From positions 64,001 through 128,000 of IMG/VR virus record IMGVR_UViG_3300009152_000030: 64,000 bases of DNA; one strand, given 5' to 3'. The DNA comes from a virus. How positions within the stretch are numbered: position 1 is the first letter of the stretch; every line of letters starts with the position of its first letter. The translations under genes were made by a program, and so were the position numbers. Below the pieces are notes generated by a model. That model did no database searches and was not told the DNA's origin. It was given only the letters and a program-made list of their open reading frames with translations. Shown piece after piece: positions 18,920-28,631 of this stretch.

Positions 18920-20026
18920 ATGGCTTTTACTATTGCTTCAGTTTGGCCAGATGATGGCTTTAATGTTTTTCCTACAGGGGAAAAGATTGAAATTCTTTTT
19001 AACCAAGAAGTTTCTGAGTTTCTTGCTGAGAATAGTATTAGTTTAGTTGGTCCTGATAATCATATTGTTACTGGTATTGAATTTGAAGAGAGACTTTATA
19101 AGTTCTCAAATGACACAAACTATTCAAAAGTACTTGAGACTCTACATCTTAAAGGTGAAGTTCCAGTCGAGTTAGAGATTGTTAGATGCGACGCTTCCGG
19201 TGCAACTCTTGAAGATCAAATGAGTTATGCATATGATGCGGATGTCAAAAGCAAATTAATTGTTAGACCTAAGTCATTCCTACAAGAGAAGACAGACTAC
19301 CGTTTATTAATCAGTGGTTCATCTACCCCTGATAATGAATGGAGTTATATTGGATCTCGAACTGTATTTGATGCAGAAAAAGATTTATTAACTTCGACTG
19401 GAGAAGGAATACTTAGAACTAGTGGGTATTACACCGGTGAAGCAGATGATGTTCTTGTTGTTGAAGTTACCAAAGCAGGAAGTTCTTCAACCTGTAAGTT
19501 AAATTGGTATTTTGAAAGCACCTCACTTGTGACCCATGATCTGCTACCCTTGACTGGGCGCAATAAGATTGCAAAGGATAAAGATATCTATTTAGAGTTA
19601 ATTGGTGGGGCATCTGACGCATTTAAAATAGGTGATGCCTGGACTATCAATTTACGTCCAATAGAATATCTTGCGGATACTTATAAAGTTGACTTCTCAA
19701 CGGCAGTAAATCAAGTTAAAGAATTACCTACTGCAGTCTCACAGAGTCCCATTGGGCTAGACGCTCCAACGCAGGCAGAGATAAACATAGCTGCCACTGA
19801 ATTCCAACTAGTAAAGATTGAGCCTGAGTACGGCTCTAGTAATATATCTTTAAAAACTAAGCAAATCATTCTTACTTTTAATAAAAATGTTGATCCCACC
19901 ACTGTAACGGCAGATACTGTTAAGTTGTTTAGGAATATTATGGATGGCAATCAAGACGCAGTCGATGTTGGCTACTCTTGGATTGTTAATGGCAAAAAAA
20001 TTATCATTAACATAATAAGGGAATAA
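18920..20026 (+). CDS. Ig-like (Big_5-type) domain virion protein
   Basis: Two segments of the type V.P......V......I.I.FN..VD (SVWPDDG..IEILFNQEV and IEPEYG..IILTFNKNVDP). Confidence 0.65.
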   Translation: MAFTIASVWPDDGFNVFPTGEKIEILFNQEVSEFLAENSISLVGPDNHIVTGIEFEERLYKFSNDTNYSKVLETLHLKGEVPVELEIVRCDASGATLEDQMSYAYDADVKSKLIVRPKSFLQEKTDYRLLISGSSTPDNEWSYIGSRTVFDAEKDLLTSTGEGILRTSGYYTGEADDVLVVEVTKAGSSSTCKLNWYFESTSLVTHDLLPLTGRNKIAKDKDIYLELIGGASDAFKIGDAWTINLRPIEYLADTYKVDFSTAVNQVKELPTAVSQSPIGLDAPTQAEINIAATEFQLVKIEPEYGSSNISLKTKQIILTFNKNVDPTTVTADTVKLFRNIMDGNQDAVDVGYSWIVNGKKIIINIIRE

Positions 20027-20027
20027 T

Positions 20028-21116
20028 ATGTTAACCGTAAGCCAAGGAGACACAGTAGATATTGTTTGCCAAGTCAGAGATGGTAATGGATACTTAGCTA
20101 ATGGGCTTAGTCCTGTTGTGTCTATTTATCCTTATGGTAGAAAGCCTGGTTTACCTGGGGTAAATCTGGAAGATGATGCAATTGTCTACCAGGACGATCC
20201 TGGCGCGGCAACTAAATATGGTCAGTACACTTATAGTTATTTGACTGCTGATGACGCACAAGTTGGTGAATGGTGGGCTTACTTTGAAGTGAATGTTGGA
20301 ACAGCACTTGTTCCTGTTATGTTTACAAGCCTTATTCCATTTACTGTTGGCTCTAGCGGTGATGACATCAATGCCTATTCACAAGATGAGGGTTTTGATA
20401 CTTTACTTAATAATAATCAATATGTTATTGAGATTAGAGGTATTAAGGAAGTCGGCGCAGCCGTTGACTCTGTCGGTATAGAAGACGAGTCTTGGTTTAC
20501 TAGTAGATATACTCCTATGTATGCAACTTATGATCAGGTAATATCAAGCGTAGGTAGCATTGTAGGCGACGTAGATGCTGATACAGTTAACTATCTTATC
20601 TATAGATATTCAAAGATTGTTGACGCAATGGTCTTTAATATGCCTCGTCAAAATGGAACACAGAAGTGGCTTGATTATGTCAAGATGGAATATGTAATCA
20701 TCAATAGTTCTGTTGATCTTATTGAAAATATTTCACTTGCTTTAGGTGCTCCTCGTGCTAAGCAACTTGGTGATCTTAAAGTTGAGTGGGCCGATAATGC
20801 TACTGCACTAAAAGCAAAAATTGAACAAATGAGAAAGCGTGATGAAGACTTACATAGAATTCTTCACAGCAATGGCAATCTATCTTATGGTGCTAGTCTT
20901 AATGCGGGTATGGCAATCAAAGGATATCTTGGAGCAGACTATCCTGCTTTTGGTAGATCAATTGATAATATGCCTAAGTTTGCACCTAGCGTCAACGTTA
21001 AGACTAGGCTACCTGGATCTTACAGATACTACCCAGACTATGCCTATCAAAACCGTTATCGTTACCGGTACCTCTATAGAAATATAAATGGTAACTATCC
21101 AGATTATGGCAGCTAA
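20028..21116 (+). CDS. Neck/head-tail adaptor with an N-terminal Ig-like domain
   Basis: N-terminal QGDTV...GQYTYSY..VGEW Ig-like region. C-terminal adaptor-like region (MYAT..., KQLGDLKVEW). Position after the MCP. Confidence 0.55.
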   Translation: MLTVSQGDTVDIVCQVRDGNGYLANGLSPVVSIYPYGRKPGLPGVNLEDDAIVYQDDPGAATKYGQYTYSYLTADDAQVGEWWAYFEVNVGTALVPVMFTSLIPFTVGSSGDDINAYSQDEGFDTLLNNNQYVIEIRGIKEVGAAVDSVGIEDESWFTSRYTPMYATYDQVISSVGSIVGDVDADTVNYLIYRYSKIVDAMVFNMPRQNGTQKWLDYVKMEYVIINSSVDLIENISLALGAPRAKQLGDLKVEWADNATALKAKIEQMRKRDEDLHRILHSNGNLSYGASLNAGMAIKGYLGADYPAFGRSIDNMPKFAPSVNVKTRLPGSYRYYPDYAYQNRYRYRYLYRNINGNYPDYGS

Positions 21117-21125
21117 GGAGGACTA

Positions 21126-21674
21126 ATGCCAATAGGAAAAAGTCGTTTTTATCGGTCCAGTTCAGGTCCAAAGACTACACAAAAAGAAGTAGACTTGCGC
21201 AAAGAAACCAAGGATACTTTTACAGGTTCAGTTTATGAAATCCCAAAGGCATTCAAGGTTATGCTTAGGAAGTTTAGGCGCAACGAAAACAAGTATAGAA
21301 TTCCCTGTTCTTGTAATGTAGCAAAAGAAGGACAAGGTCATCAGAAATGCAGTGTCTGCTTAGGGGAGGGATATCTCTGGGATGAGCACTATGTAGATAC
21401 TTTTAAAGTAGATATTGGAAGTGATCAAGAAAAAGCAGGCGCATCTCTTTTAACTGAAATAGGTAGAAGCAAAAAGCAATTCTGCAAGTTTTATGTACAG
21501 AATACAGTTGGAATAGACTACGAAGATAAGATCATAGAACTTGCTTTGGAACCTGATGGTGCCCTTGTTAAACCAGAGCGCCGCAATATTATATGGACAA
21601 TCAATACACTAAATGAGAAGAGATCAGATACTGGTCGAATAGAGTACATAATCTTATACTGCAGGAAATATTAA
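21126..21674 (+). CDS. Head closure/neck protein with a Zn-ribbon
   Basis: CSC...CSVCLGEGY motif, as in neck proteins of large myoviruses. Confidence 0.65.
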   Translation: MPIGKSRFYRSSSGPKTTQKEVDLRKETKDTFTGSVYEIPKAFKVMLRKFRRNENKYRIPCSCNVAKEGQGHQKCSVCLGEGYLWDEHYVDTFKVDIGSDQEKAGASLLTEIGRSKKQFCKFYVQNTVGIDYEDKIIELALEPDGALVKPERRNIIWTINTLNEKRSDTGRIEYIILYCRKY

Positions 21675-21675
21675 T

Positions 21676-22419
21676 ATGTTAAATCCTTTAACTCCTCAAC
21701 TTCTAAAAGATTTAAATGAAGCTCAGCAAACTACTCTTGTTACTATTATGGAGTCGGAGAATTTAGGCAATGTCCAACTTGAGCCAATGCCTACTAATAT
21801 AATTCTTGAGCCAGGTGGCAAAGCTATAGTTAGACTTCAGAATGAAAGATTTAAGGTAAATACAATTTACGAGGTTATGGAGATTCTTCAGCAGATTATC
21901 AATATGGCTACTTCAACTATGAAGCCAGCTTGGTTAAATAATGATCGTCTTATAATTCAAAGACCAATTATTAACGTTGAAAGTGAAACTCCTAATATTG
22001 TTTTTTTAGTAAGAGACGGAAAACCTGGCGCTGCTGGTAGTGGTCCAGTCAACTCACCTTCTCGAAGAATGGTGACTAGCATACTTCTTGGGAAGTATAT
22101 TGATCCGCAGGATGATACCTCTGAGGTTTACATATATGGTCAAAGATTAGATTACAATATCAATCTTAGTATATACGGGAAAACTGCGCATGAGGCGGAC
22201 CAGATCAAGGAGTGGATTGCAGATATTATAAAGACTTATCTATGGTATGTTAAATACAGTGGAGTCCTAGACTTCACGTTTGTTGAGGATACAGGAGATG
22301 ACACAGAAGCCCTTAGACACAAAAGAACTTTAAAATATGCTGTTTCAATTGAAAAACTTACTTGGACCAGTATTCTTGTCCTCAAACAAATTATTCTACA
22401 GATAACACCCTCAAGTTAA
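21676..22419 (+). CDS. Tail completion/terminator-like protein
   Basis: Directly upstream of the sheath gene. Has a DYNINLSIYGKTAHEADQI pattern. Confidence 0.55.
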   Translation: MLNPLTPQLLKDLNEAQQTTLVTIMESENLGNVQLEPMPTNIILEPGGKAIVRLQNERFKVNTIYEVMEILQQIINMATSTMKPAWLNNDRLIIQRPIINVESETPNIVFLVRDGKPGAAGSGPVNSPSRRMVTSILLGKYIDPQDDTSEVYIYGQRLDYNINLSIYGKTAHEADQIKEWIADIIKTYLWYVKYSGVLDFTFVEDTGDDTEALRHKRTLKYAVSIEKLTWTSILVLKQIILQITPSS

Positions 22420-22439
22420 TTTAATTCAAAGGAGAAAAT

Positions 22440-25400
22440 ATGCCATATGTAAATTTACCTGGTAGTTATGTAGAGCTTCAGGACGGAAACCTCGGCCAGA
22501 TTTCGGCAAATACTAGTCAGTCAGTTCTAGTAATTGGTACAGCTAGCAAAGGTTTAACAAGTGAGCCCTATCAAGTGACTGATATTGCTTCTGTCGTTCG
22601 TGAGTTTGGTGCGACATCCGAGCTAACTCGTGGTGCTTCCGAAGTCAAGAAAGGTGGTGGTACAAACATTTACCTATATCGTCTTCCTGGCACTGCTCCT
22701 TCTGTCTCTGCCATTGGCGCTGACTACGATGGCTCAGGTGTTGCTGGTATTAAGATTACCCCGATTCAACAATCTCCAGAAGCAGCTGCAAATTATGCTG
22801 TTGCCTATAAGCATGCTGAACTTTACTCAAGTGATGGAGCCGGAGAACTAGCGGACAAAAGCCGTGTTGTAGCTCAACTTGTTGTTGTCAATCTTACGAC
22901 TGACGCTATTGTCTGGATGGGGGATGCCTTTGACGGCGCTACTTCTGATAATGGTGAAGTTGATGTAAGCTTTGATATGGCAGACATTGATCTTGGTCTT
23001 GGTTCTGCAAAAGATTCAGATGCACTAGAGACTTTAAAGCTTGCGGTCACCATTCCTGGTAGTTACAGTGGTGGAGATTATTCCGTTTCGGTCTCTGGCG
23101 TGACTGTAACAGGTGATCTTTCATCGGTTGCTTATGAAGAAGTCTCTGCAGCTTCTAGCACTAATACCAATCAGCCAGTAGGTGTTACGGAATGGTATTT
23201 CCATACAATGCCAAAGTTTACGGTTACACTTCCAACAGGCAGTGGCACCGGTGTCTATACTGCTGCTCAGGTTAGCATTGTGGACGGTGGCATGGACGCA
23301 GCAAATGAAGTTAAACTTTATGATGGTCTTATTGCTGGTACTAATACCTCAAGTGTCTTCCTTGTTGACAGAGGGGAAGGGGCCGATGGATCTGGCCTTG
23401 AGATTGATGTCTCAATTAATTATGCTACATCAGGTGCTTATACAGTTTCACAAGTTAACGTTACTGATGCAGGCCAAGATTATATGGTTGGCGACGTACT
23501 TGTTTGGAAGGGCACAGACCTTGGTGGGACAAGCGCCAATGATCTTACACTTACTGTTACTGAAGTTGATGCAGGGGAAGGTGGTACAGTTACTGGCTTT
23601 ATTGTTTCTGGTACAAGATTTGTACACAAGCCATTTAAAGCTGGCGTTTCACCAAGTACCCTTACCATTCTAGGTACTGCACTAGGAGGTTCAACAGCTG
23701 CACATGATCTTACTCTTACAGTTACAAGTGTAACCTCTCTTGGCTTAATCTCTACCGTCAGTGTTACGGGTAGTCGTCAAGCTCAAACGTTAACGCCAAC
23801 TGCTATTGCTACAAGACTTGAGGCAGACTTTGTGGCGTCTACTTTGTCTGAAATTTTTTCTATTAATCGTTCTTCTGGAGAAATTACATTTACACCTAAT
23901 GGTCCTACAAATGGAACATCTAATGTACTAGTGTACCCTTCTGATCATCCTTGGGCTGGCTATGCAGCTAGACCCTTTGTTAGTGCCCCTCTTGTTGTTG
24001 GTGGGTCAGGAATAACAATTGCGGGTAGTTCTGCCTCACATCGTCGTAGTCGTGATATTGGCCTTTATCCTCTATCTCTTGACAGAGCTTTTTCTTCTGT
24101 TCAGGGTGGTGTCTATGTGCCTCTGTCAAAGGTTAAAGATGGTGGTGCGGTTCTTTCCTACGGTCTTCGTGGTTCCGCTTTCTATCAGTGCGGATCTTCA
24201 GCCTATCTAGCTGCAAATGCTCTTGGTACAAGTCAAGTTGTTTATGATCTTGGCGATACAGGGCAAAGCCTATCCCTTATAAAGAGATACGAAAAGATTC
24301 ATACTGCATTTGAGGATCTTGACCTTGCCGCATTCGACTTTATTGTTCCTCTTTCTGTCCATCTAAATAGTCCTAACATTGCAGATGGCCTTGAGACTAC
24401 ATGGGCTGATAGTTCTTACCCAGTTCCTGGGTCCTCGAAGGACGTTCTTGGTTATCTTGCTACTGTTAACAATGGCGACTATACCTATACTTACTACTGG
24501 TCAGATGACTCCATTTCTGCTAAGATTGCAAGCGCTGGCGTTGTAGAAGATGCATCACCTTCTCTTCTTTACACTGAAGTGAACTTTGCTCATCTTCTAG
24601 CTAAGTACTGTCATGAAAACTCAAGTGATTACAAGTTTGTTCATGGTGTAATTGGTACAACTCTTCCAAGTGGCCTTAATCCTCGTGCCATTAGAGCTTA
24701 CTATGGTAGCGCTCCTTCTTACGTCTTTGACGGCGAAGAGAATGCTTACTATGTGACAGAGAATGGCGTTGGTCTTCTTGGTCATAAGTTTGTTGGTGGT
24801 CATACTACTTTCAATAATGGTCTTAAACATGGTGGCCTTTTCCTTACCAAGGATGGCCTAATCGATTATGCTGATGCCAATCTTGTTCTTGACGAGAATC
24901 AGAAAAAGGTTGATCTTGGTAAGTATATCAGTGTTGTTGCCTTCTTTGGTAGAACTACGGATGACTTGAATCCTCGTCGTCCTAACTACATTTTGAATGC
25001 TGCTACAATGGTTGCTGGTCTTCTTCCTACAATTTCAGTTGCAAACTCACTAATCAACGAAAAGCTTACTCAGCTTACTGTTGACTACAGAACTGAGACT
25101 AAGGTTATTGATGCTGGTTGCGGTCTTGGTCTTGTTATGGCTAAGAGCGAGCCTAATGGTGTCTCTGCTTCAATTGCTGACTCACCGACATTTGCATCAC
25201 CAACCTCTGACTACACAAGACTTACAACGGTCAGAATCATCTCAAGACTAGTTGATCAGTTGAGAGTTGCGACTCGTCCTTTCATTGGCAAGGGTCTTTC
25301 CGCGCCCATGAGAGCTGCTCTTGAATCCGCCATTGGTGAAGTCCTTAAGGATAACATTGCTGGTGAGCCTATCCAGACGGTTACTAGTGCTTCGTTCAAG

Positions 25401-25514
25401 ATTGAGCAAAGCGCTTCAGACCGTGTTCTTGGTAAGATGAAAGTGAGGCTTACAATTACTCCGGTATTTGAGCTTCGCCAGATTACCTTCTCAGTCAACT
25501 TAAGCGCACAGTAA
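22440..25514 (+). CDS. Contractile tail sheath protein with a large beta-rich insertion
   Basis: N-terminal LPGSYVE...VLVIGTASKG. C-terminal DYTRLTTVRI, PFIGK and LTITPVFELRQI. Confidence 0.92.
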   Translation: MPYVNLPGSYVELQDGNLGQISANTSQSVLVIGTASKGLTSEPYQVTDIASVVREFGATSELTRGASEVKKGGGTNIYLYRLPGTAPSVSAIGADYDGSGVAGIKITPIQQSPEAAANYAVAYKHAELYSSDGAGELADKSRVVAQLVVVNLTTDAIVWMGDAFDGATSDNGEVDVSFDMADIDLGLGSAKDSDALETLKLAVTIPGSYSGGDYSVSVSGVTVTGDLSSVAYEEVSAASSTNTNQPVGVTEWYFHTMPKFTVTLPTGSGTGVYTAAQVSIVDGGMDAANEVKLYDGLIAGTNTSSVFLVDRGEGADGSGLEIDVSINYATSGAYTVSQVNVTDAGQDYMVGDVLVWKGTDLGGTSANDLTLTVTEVDAGEGGTVTGFIVSGTRFVHKPFKAGVSPSTLTILGTALGGSTAAHDLTLTVTSVTSLGLISTVSVTGSRQAQTLTPTAIATRLEADFVASTLSEIFSINRSSGEITFTPNGPTNGTSNVLVYPSDHPWAGYAARPFVSAPLVVGGSGITIAGSSASHRRSRDIGLYPLSLDRAFSSVQGGVYVPLSKVKDGGAVLSYGLRGSAFYQCGSSAYLAANALGTSQVVYDLGDTGQSLSLIKRYEKIHTAFEDLDLAAFDFIVPLSVHLNSPNIADGLETTWADSSYPVPGSSKDVLGYLATVNNGDYTYTYYWSDDSISAKIASAGVVEDASPSLLYTEVNFAHLLAKYCHENSSDYKFVHGVIGTTLPSGLNPRAIRAYYGSAPSYVFDGEENAYYVTENGVGLLGHKFVGGHTTFNNGLKHGGLFLTKDGLIDYADANLVLDENQKKVDLGKYISVVAFFGRTTDDLNPRRPNYILNAATMVAGLLPTISVANSLINEKLTQLTVDYRTETKVIDAGCGLGLVMAKSEPNGVSASIADSPTFASPTSDYTRLTTVRIISRLVDQLRVATRPFIGKGLSAPMRAALESAIGEVLKDNIAGEPIQTVTSASFKIEQSASDRVLGKMKVRLTITPVFELRQITFSVNLSAQ

Positions 25515-25532
25515 TTCTAAAGGAGAACAAAA

Positions 25533-26171
25533 ATGGCCGCAGCAGATTTTACAACAAGATCATTTAACAGCTTCTCCGGAGCAGACATTAAAGCTGTCTT
25601 TGGCGCTAAGGAAGTTGGTAACCTAATGGCAGTCTCTTACGCAATTCAGCGTGAAAAGGCTCCTATCTACGTTCTAGGTGAAGCAAACCCTCGTGGTTTC
25701 TCACGTGGCAAGCGTGGTATTGCTGGTTCACTTATCTTTATTCAGTTTGATACCCATGCTATTCTTGAACAGTTCCAAGGTGGTGACCTTGGTAACTTTG
25801 TCAAGAAGAAGTATGAAATCTCTCCTGGAGATCTAAAGAAAGATGACGCAGCTCTTAGTGCTATTGCATCAACTCTTGATACAGCCGCACTTGGTGAAGT
25901 CACAAAGGCTTTCTATGCCGACCAGATTCCTCCTTTCGACATTACAGTTGCGGCTTGTAATGAGTTTGGCATTCAAGCTCGTTGCGTTATTCACGGCTGT
26001 GAACTCATGAATGAAGGTTGGGGTATGGGTATCGAAGACCGTCAAGCTGATATGCAGACAACATATCTTGCCCGTGCGGTTACTCGTTGGACCGCTAGCA
26101 GAGACGAAGGCTCGGGTATTACCAACGTTGGTACAATCAAGCGCGATGGTGGCTCGATCACTATCTCCTAG
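25533..26171 (+). CDS. Major tail tube protein
   Basis: Follows the sheath. Contains SFSGADI...REKAPIYVLG..PRGFSRGKRGIAGSLIF...IPPFDI. High-expression codons, followed by a terminator. Confidence 0.8.
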   Translation: MAAADFTTRSFNSFSGADIKAVFGAKEVGNLMAVSYAIQREKAPIYVLGEANPRGFSRGKRGIAGSLIFIQFDTHAILEQFQGGDLGNFVKKKYEISPGDLKKDDAALSAIASTLDTAALGEVTKAFYADQIPPFDITVAACNEFGIQARCVIHGCELMNEGWGMGIEDRQADMQTTYLARAVTRWTASRDEGSGITNVGTIKRDGGSITIS

Positions 26172-26191
26172 TACTAAAGTCAGACAATAGG

Positions 26192-26229
26192 AAGCCCACG
26201 TATATAATATATACGTGGGTTTTTTATTT
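26192..26229 (+). terminator. Rho-independent terminator after the tube gene
   Basis: Hairpin GCCCACGTATAT-AAT-ATATACGTGGGT followed by TTTTTATTT. Confidence 0.85.
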
Positions 26230-26243
26230 ATGGAGGATTGGTT

Positions 26244-26372
26244 ATGGAAAAGCAATCTTTAACTGATAGAATAAAATTATCTATAGCAATAATAATAATT
26301 ATTGTAGTGTTTCTTGGCTATGTCTATCTTACAGACATATTAAATAAATTTGAGTCTCACTTAAAAAGGTAA
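26244..26372 (+). CDS. 42-aa single-pass membrane protein (absent from the ORF track)
   Basis: GGAGG RBS at 26232-26236. Translation: MEKQSLTDRIKLSIAIIIIIVVFLGYVYLTDILNKFESHLKR. The stop abuts the next ATG. Confidence 0.7.
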   Translation: MEKQSLTDRIKLSIAIIIIIVVFLGYVYLTDILNKFESHLKR

Positions 26373-26373
26373 C

Positions 26374-27150
26374 ATGTCAGGTACATTCTCACAAGGCTAC
26401 TCTAGAACTGGTAGAATGGGATTCTCTGGTTGTGATATAAACGCTATTATTCGTTTGCCACAGTACATGAGAGGAACCCAACAGTTGAATGAAGAAAAGG
26501 TATTTAATATTGGTACTTTGCAAACTATAAGTATTTCAACTTATAATGCTAAGACTCCTGTTAAGGCTTTGGGATTTAAAAGTCCAATTGGAGTAGCAAG
26601 AGGAGGAAGAACCATTGCTGGCACTTTGATCTTTAACCAAATGCATCTACATGTTTTGAATGAGAATGCATTTGCAACTGGATATACAACCTTAAACGAT
26701 AAGGGAGGATTCCTTACTTATAGCTCAGGAGATGTTGACTATGTAATCCCAGAGAAGTCTGAAGAGATAAACAAAGAAAAACTAAAAAAGCAGTGGGATT
26801 TTTCTTGGGATACAAGTCTCTTTGGAGAAGTAAGTAAGCCAAGTGACTTGCCGCCATTTGACATTATTATTTTGTTTCTAAACGAGGATAATGATGTTGG
26901 CAAGATTATTCTATATGGTGTTGACATTGTACATGATTCACAAACAATGTCAGTAGAAGATATATATACTGAAGTACAATATCAGTATATTGCAAGAGAC
27001 ATCGAATATTTTCATGCCGTTAGGCTTAGTGATACACGTAGCTGGAGAAGCCAAGCAAATTCACCTAAGGTTGCAAGTGTTGCATCTGAGGATGTAGCTC
27101 CTCTACCAGATTCATCACCGGCCCCATCACATGAGGAAGAAACAAGTTAA
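26374..27150 (+). CDS. Tail tube-like paralogue 2 (tube initiator/baseplate)
   Basis: FSGCDI, RGGRTIAGTLIF, LPPFDI and YQYIARD match the major tube protein. Confidence 0.7.
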   Translation: MSGTFSQGYSRTGRMGFSGCDINAIIRLPQYMRGTQQLNEEKVFNIGTLQTISISTYNAKTPVKALGFKSPIGVARGGRTIAGTLIFNQMHLHVLNENAFATGYTTLNDKGGFLTYSSGDVDYVIPEKSEEINKEKLKKQWDFSWDTSLFGEVSKPSDLPPFDIIILFLNEDNDVGKIILYGVDIVHDSQTMSVEDIYTEVQYQYIARDIEYFHAVRLSDTRSWRSQANSPKVASVASEDVAPLPDSSPAPSHEEETS

Positions 27151-27196
27151 ACTTGAATAAGTAATTTATATACTAGAAATAATTTCTGGAGATTGA

Positions 27197-28081
27197 ATGG
27201 GAAGACAAGTTGCAAGTATATATACTGGATCTAATATTTCTCTTACTATAGGAGAAACATTAGTTGGTAATGCTTTTGGTATTTCATATGATCTTTCTCA
27301 GAATAAAAGACCTATTTATGGATACAACAGTACGCTATTTGATGCTATTTCAACTGGACAAGTTATTGTAATAGGTCAGTTATATTTAACTTATCAACAT
27401 GCAAATTATCTTTCTAAAATTATGAGAGATTACTACAATTTTCCAAATAGATCTACTGATTATAAAAAAGATCAAGTTAATGGAGTAATTGATAGAAATG
27501 CATTTATTCGTAATGATGAGAACGCTCAAGCGGATGCCGAAAATACTATAAGAGAAATAGTAACTGGAACTACAATTGGCGGTGCTGCAAGGCAAGATAA
27601 GAACTACGATGAGCTGTTAAATGACTTGTTTAATAGTCCTTCAAAACTACAAGATTATCGCTCTGCGTTTTCTCCAAGAGAAAATCAATTAAATGGAATT
27701 GACCTTAGCAAAAGCAATGGAAAATTTGGTTATGCTTCAGGGTCAGTAACTGATCCAAGAAATATTCAATTATTTGGTGATCTTGGATCACAAGATTCTC
27801 TTTATAAAAGACCAGACCAATTTTCCAATAACTCAAGCGCAGCAGTATGGCCAGGTATAGACATTGTGATTACATATGGTGATCCTAAATTTAATAACGA
27901 ACAAACTGGTATCCTAGACTATAGTAACTCCTTTTCAACTGTATTGAAAAGTGTTCATTTTATAGGCGAAAGCCAACAGGTAATGGCGGATGATCAACCT
28001 GTGATGGAGGTCTATAAGTTTATAGCTAGAGACAAATATACATTAATTAAACCTGAAGTCGCAGAAGAAAGTAAAAAATAA
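27197..28081 (+). CDS. Tail tube-like paralogue 3
   Basis: YTGSNI, ISYDLSQNKRPIYGY and YKFIARD are a divergent match to the two preceding tube-like genes. Confidence 0.65.
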   Translation: MGRQVASIYTGSNISLTIGETLVGNAFGISYDLSQNKRPIYGYNSTLFDAISTGQVIVIGQLYLTYQHANYLSKIMRDYYNFPNRSTDYKKDQVNGVIDRNAFIRNDENAQADAENTIREIVTGTTIGGAARQDKNYDELLNDLFNSPSKLQDYRSAFSPRENQLNGIDLSKSNGKFGYASGSVTDPRNIQLFGDLGSQDSLYKRPDQFSNNSSAAVWPGIDIVITYGDPKFNNEQTGILDYSNSFSTVLKSVHFIGESQQVMADDQPVMEVYKFIARDKYTLIKPEVAEESKK

Positions 28082-28095
28082 TAATAGGAGTTTTT

Positions 28096-28614
28096 ATGGT
28101 AGACTTAGATAATAACTTAGAAGATGAAGCCGATATTAAATTAGCTGCAAAGCTTGACAAAGCTAGAAAGGAAAAAGAGAAAAAGGAAGCTGAAGCCGTT
28201 GCTTCTGTTGTTTCAGAAACCGATCTCCCAGATGATGGTCCTGAGTCAGAGCCAATGGACGAAAAGGAACTGCTTTATAGTTCACTTGAAAAGCTTGGAT
28301 GCTCAAAGTCGTACCTAGTTAAGATGAAGGAACGCCATGGTACTGTAATTGTCTATCCACATGAGGATGGCAAGTGGTTTGTTGTTAGACCACTCAGAGT
28401 CCGTGAAATGAAAATGATTCGTGAGATTGCAGGACAAGATCCCGAAAAGCTCAATAAGGAAATCCTAGAAGCAGGATGTGTATTCCCAATGCTTTCAGAA
28501 GAAGCCATTTCGGATCTTCCAGCTGGTCTTCCGGATCTGCTTGTTAACATGATTAGCCGACTTAGTGCATTCATTCCAGTTGAACTTGCATTCTCGCTAA
28601 GCAAAGAGCTCTAA
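28096..28614 (+). CDS. Tail assembly chaperone (putative)
   Basis: Acidic protein after the tube genes, with an FVVRPL...CVFP...LPAGLP pattern. Confidence 0.6.
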   Translation: MVDLDNNLEDEADIKLAAKLDKARKEKEKKEAEAVASVVSETDLPDDGPESEPMDEKELLYSSLEKLGCSKSYLVKMKERHGTVIVYPHEDGKWFVVRPLRVREMKMIREIAGQDPEKLNKEILEAGCVFPMLSEEAISDLPAGLPDLLVNMISRLSAFIPVELAFSLSKEL

Positions 28615-28631
28615 ACATAATAAGATAAAAA

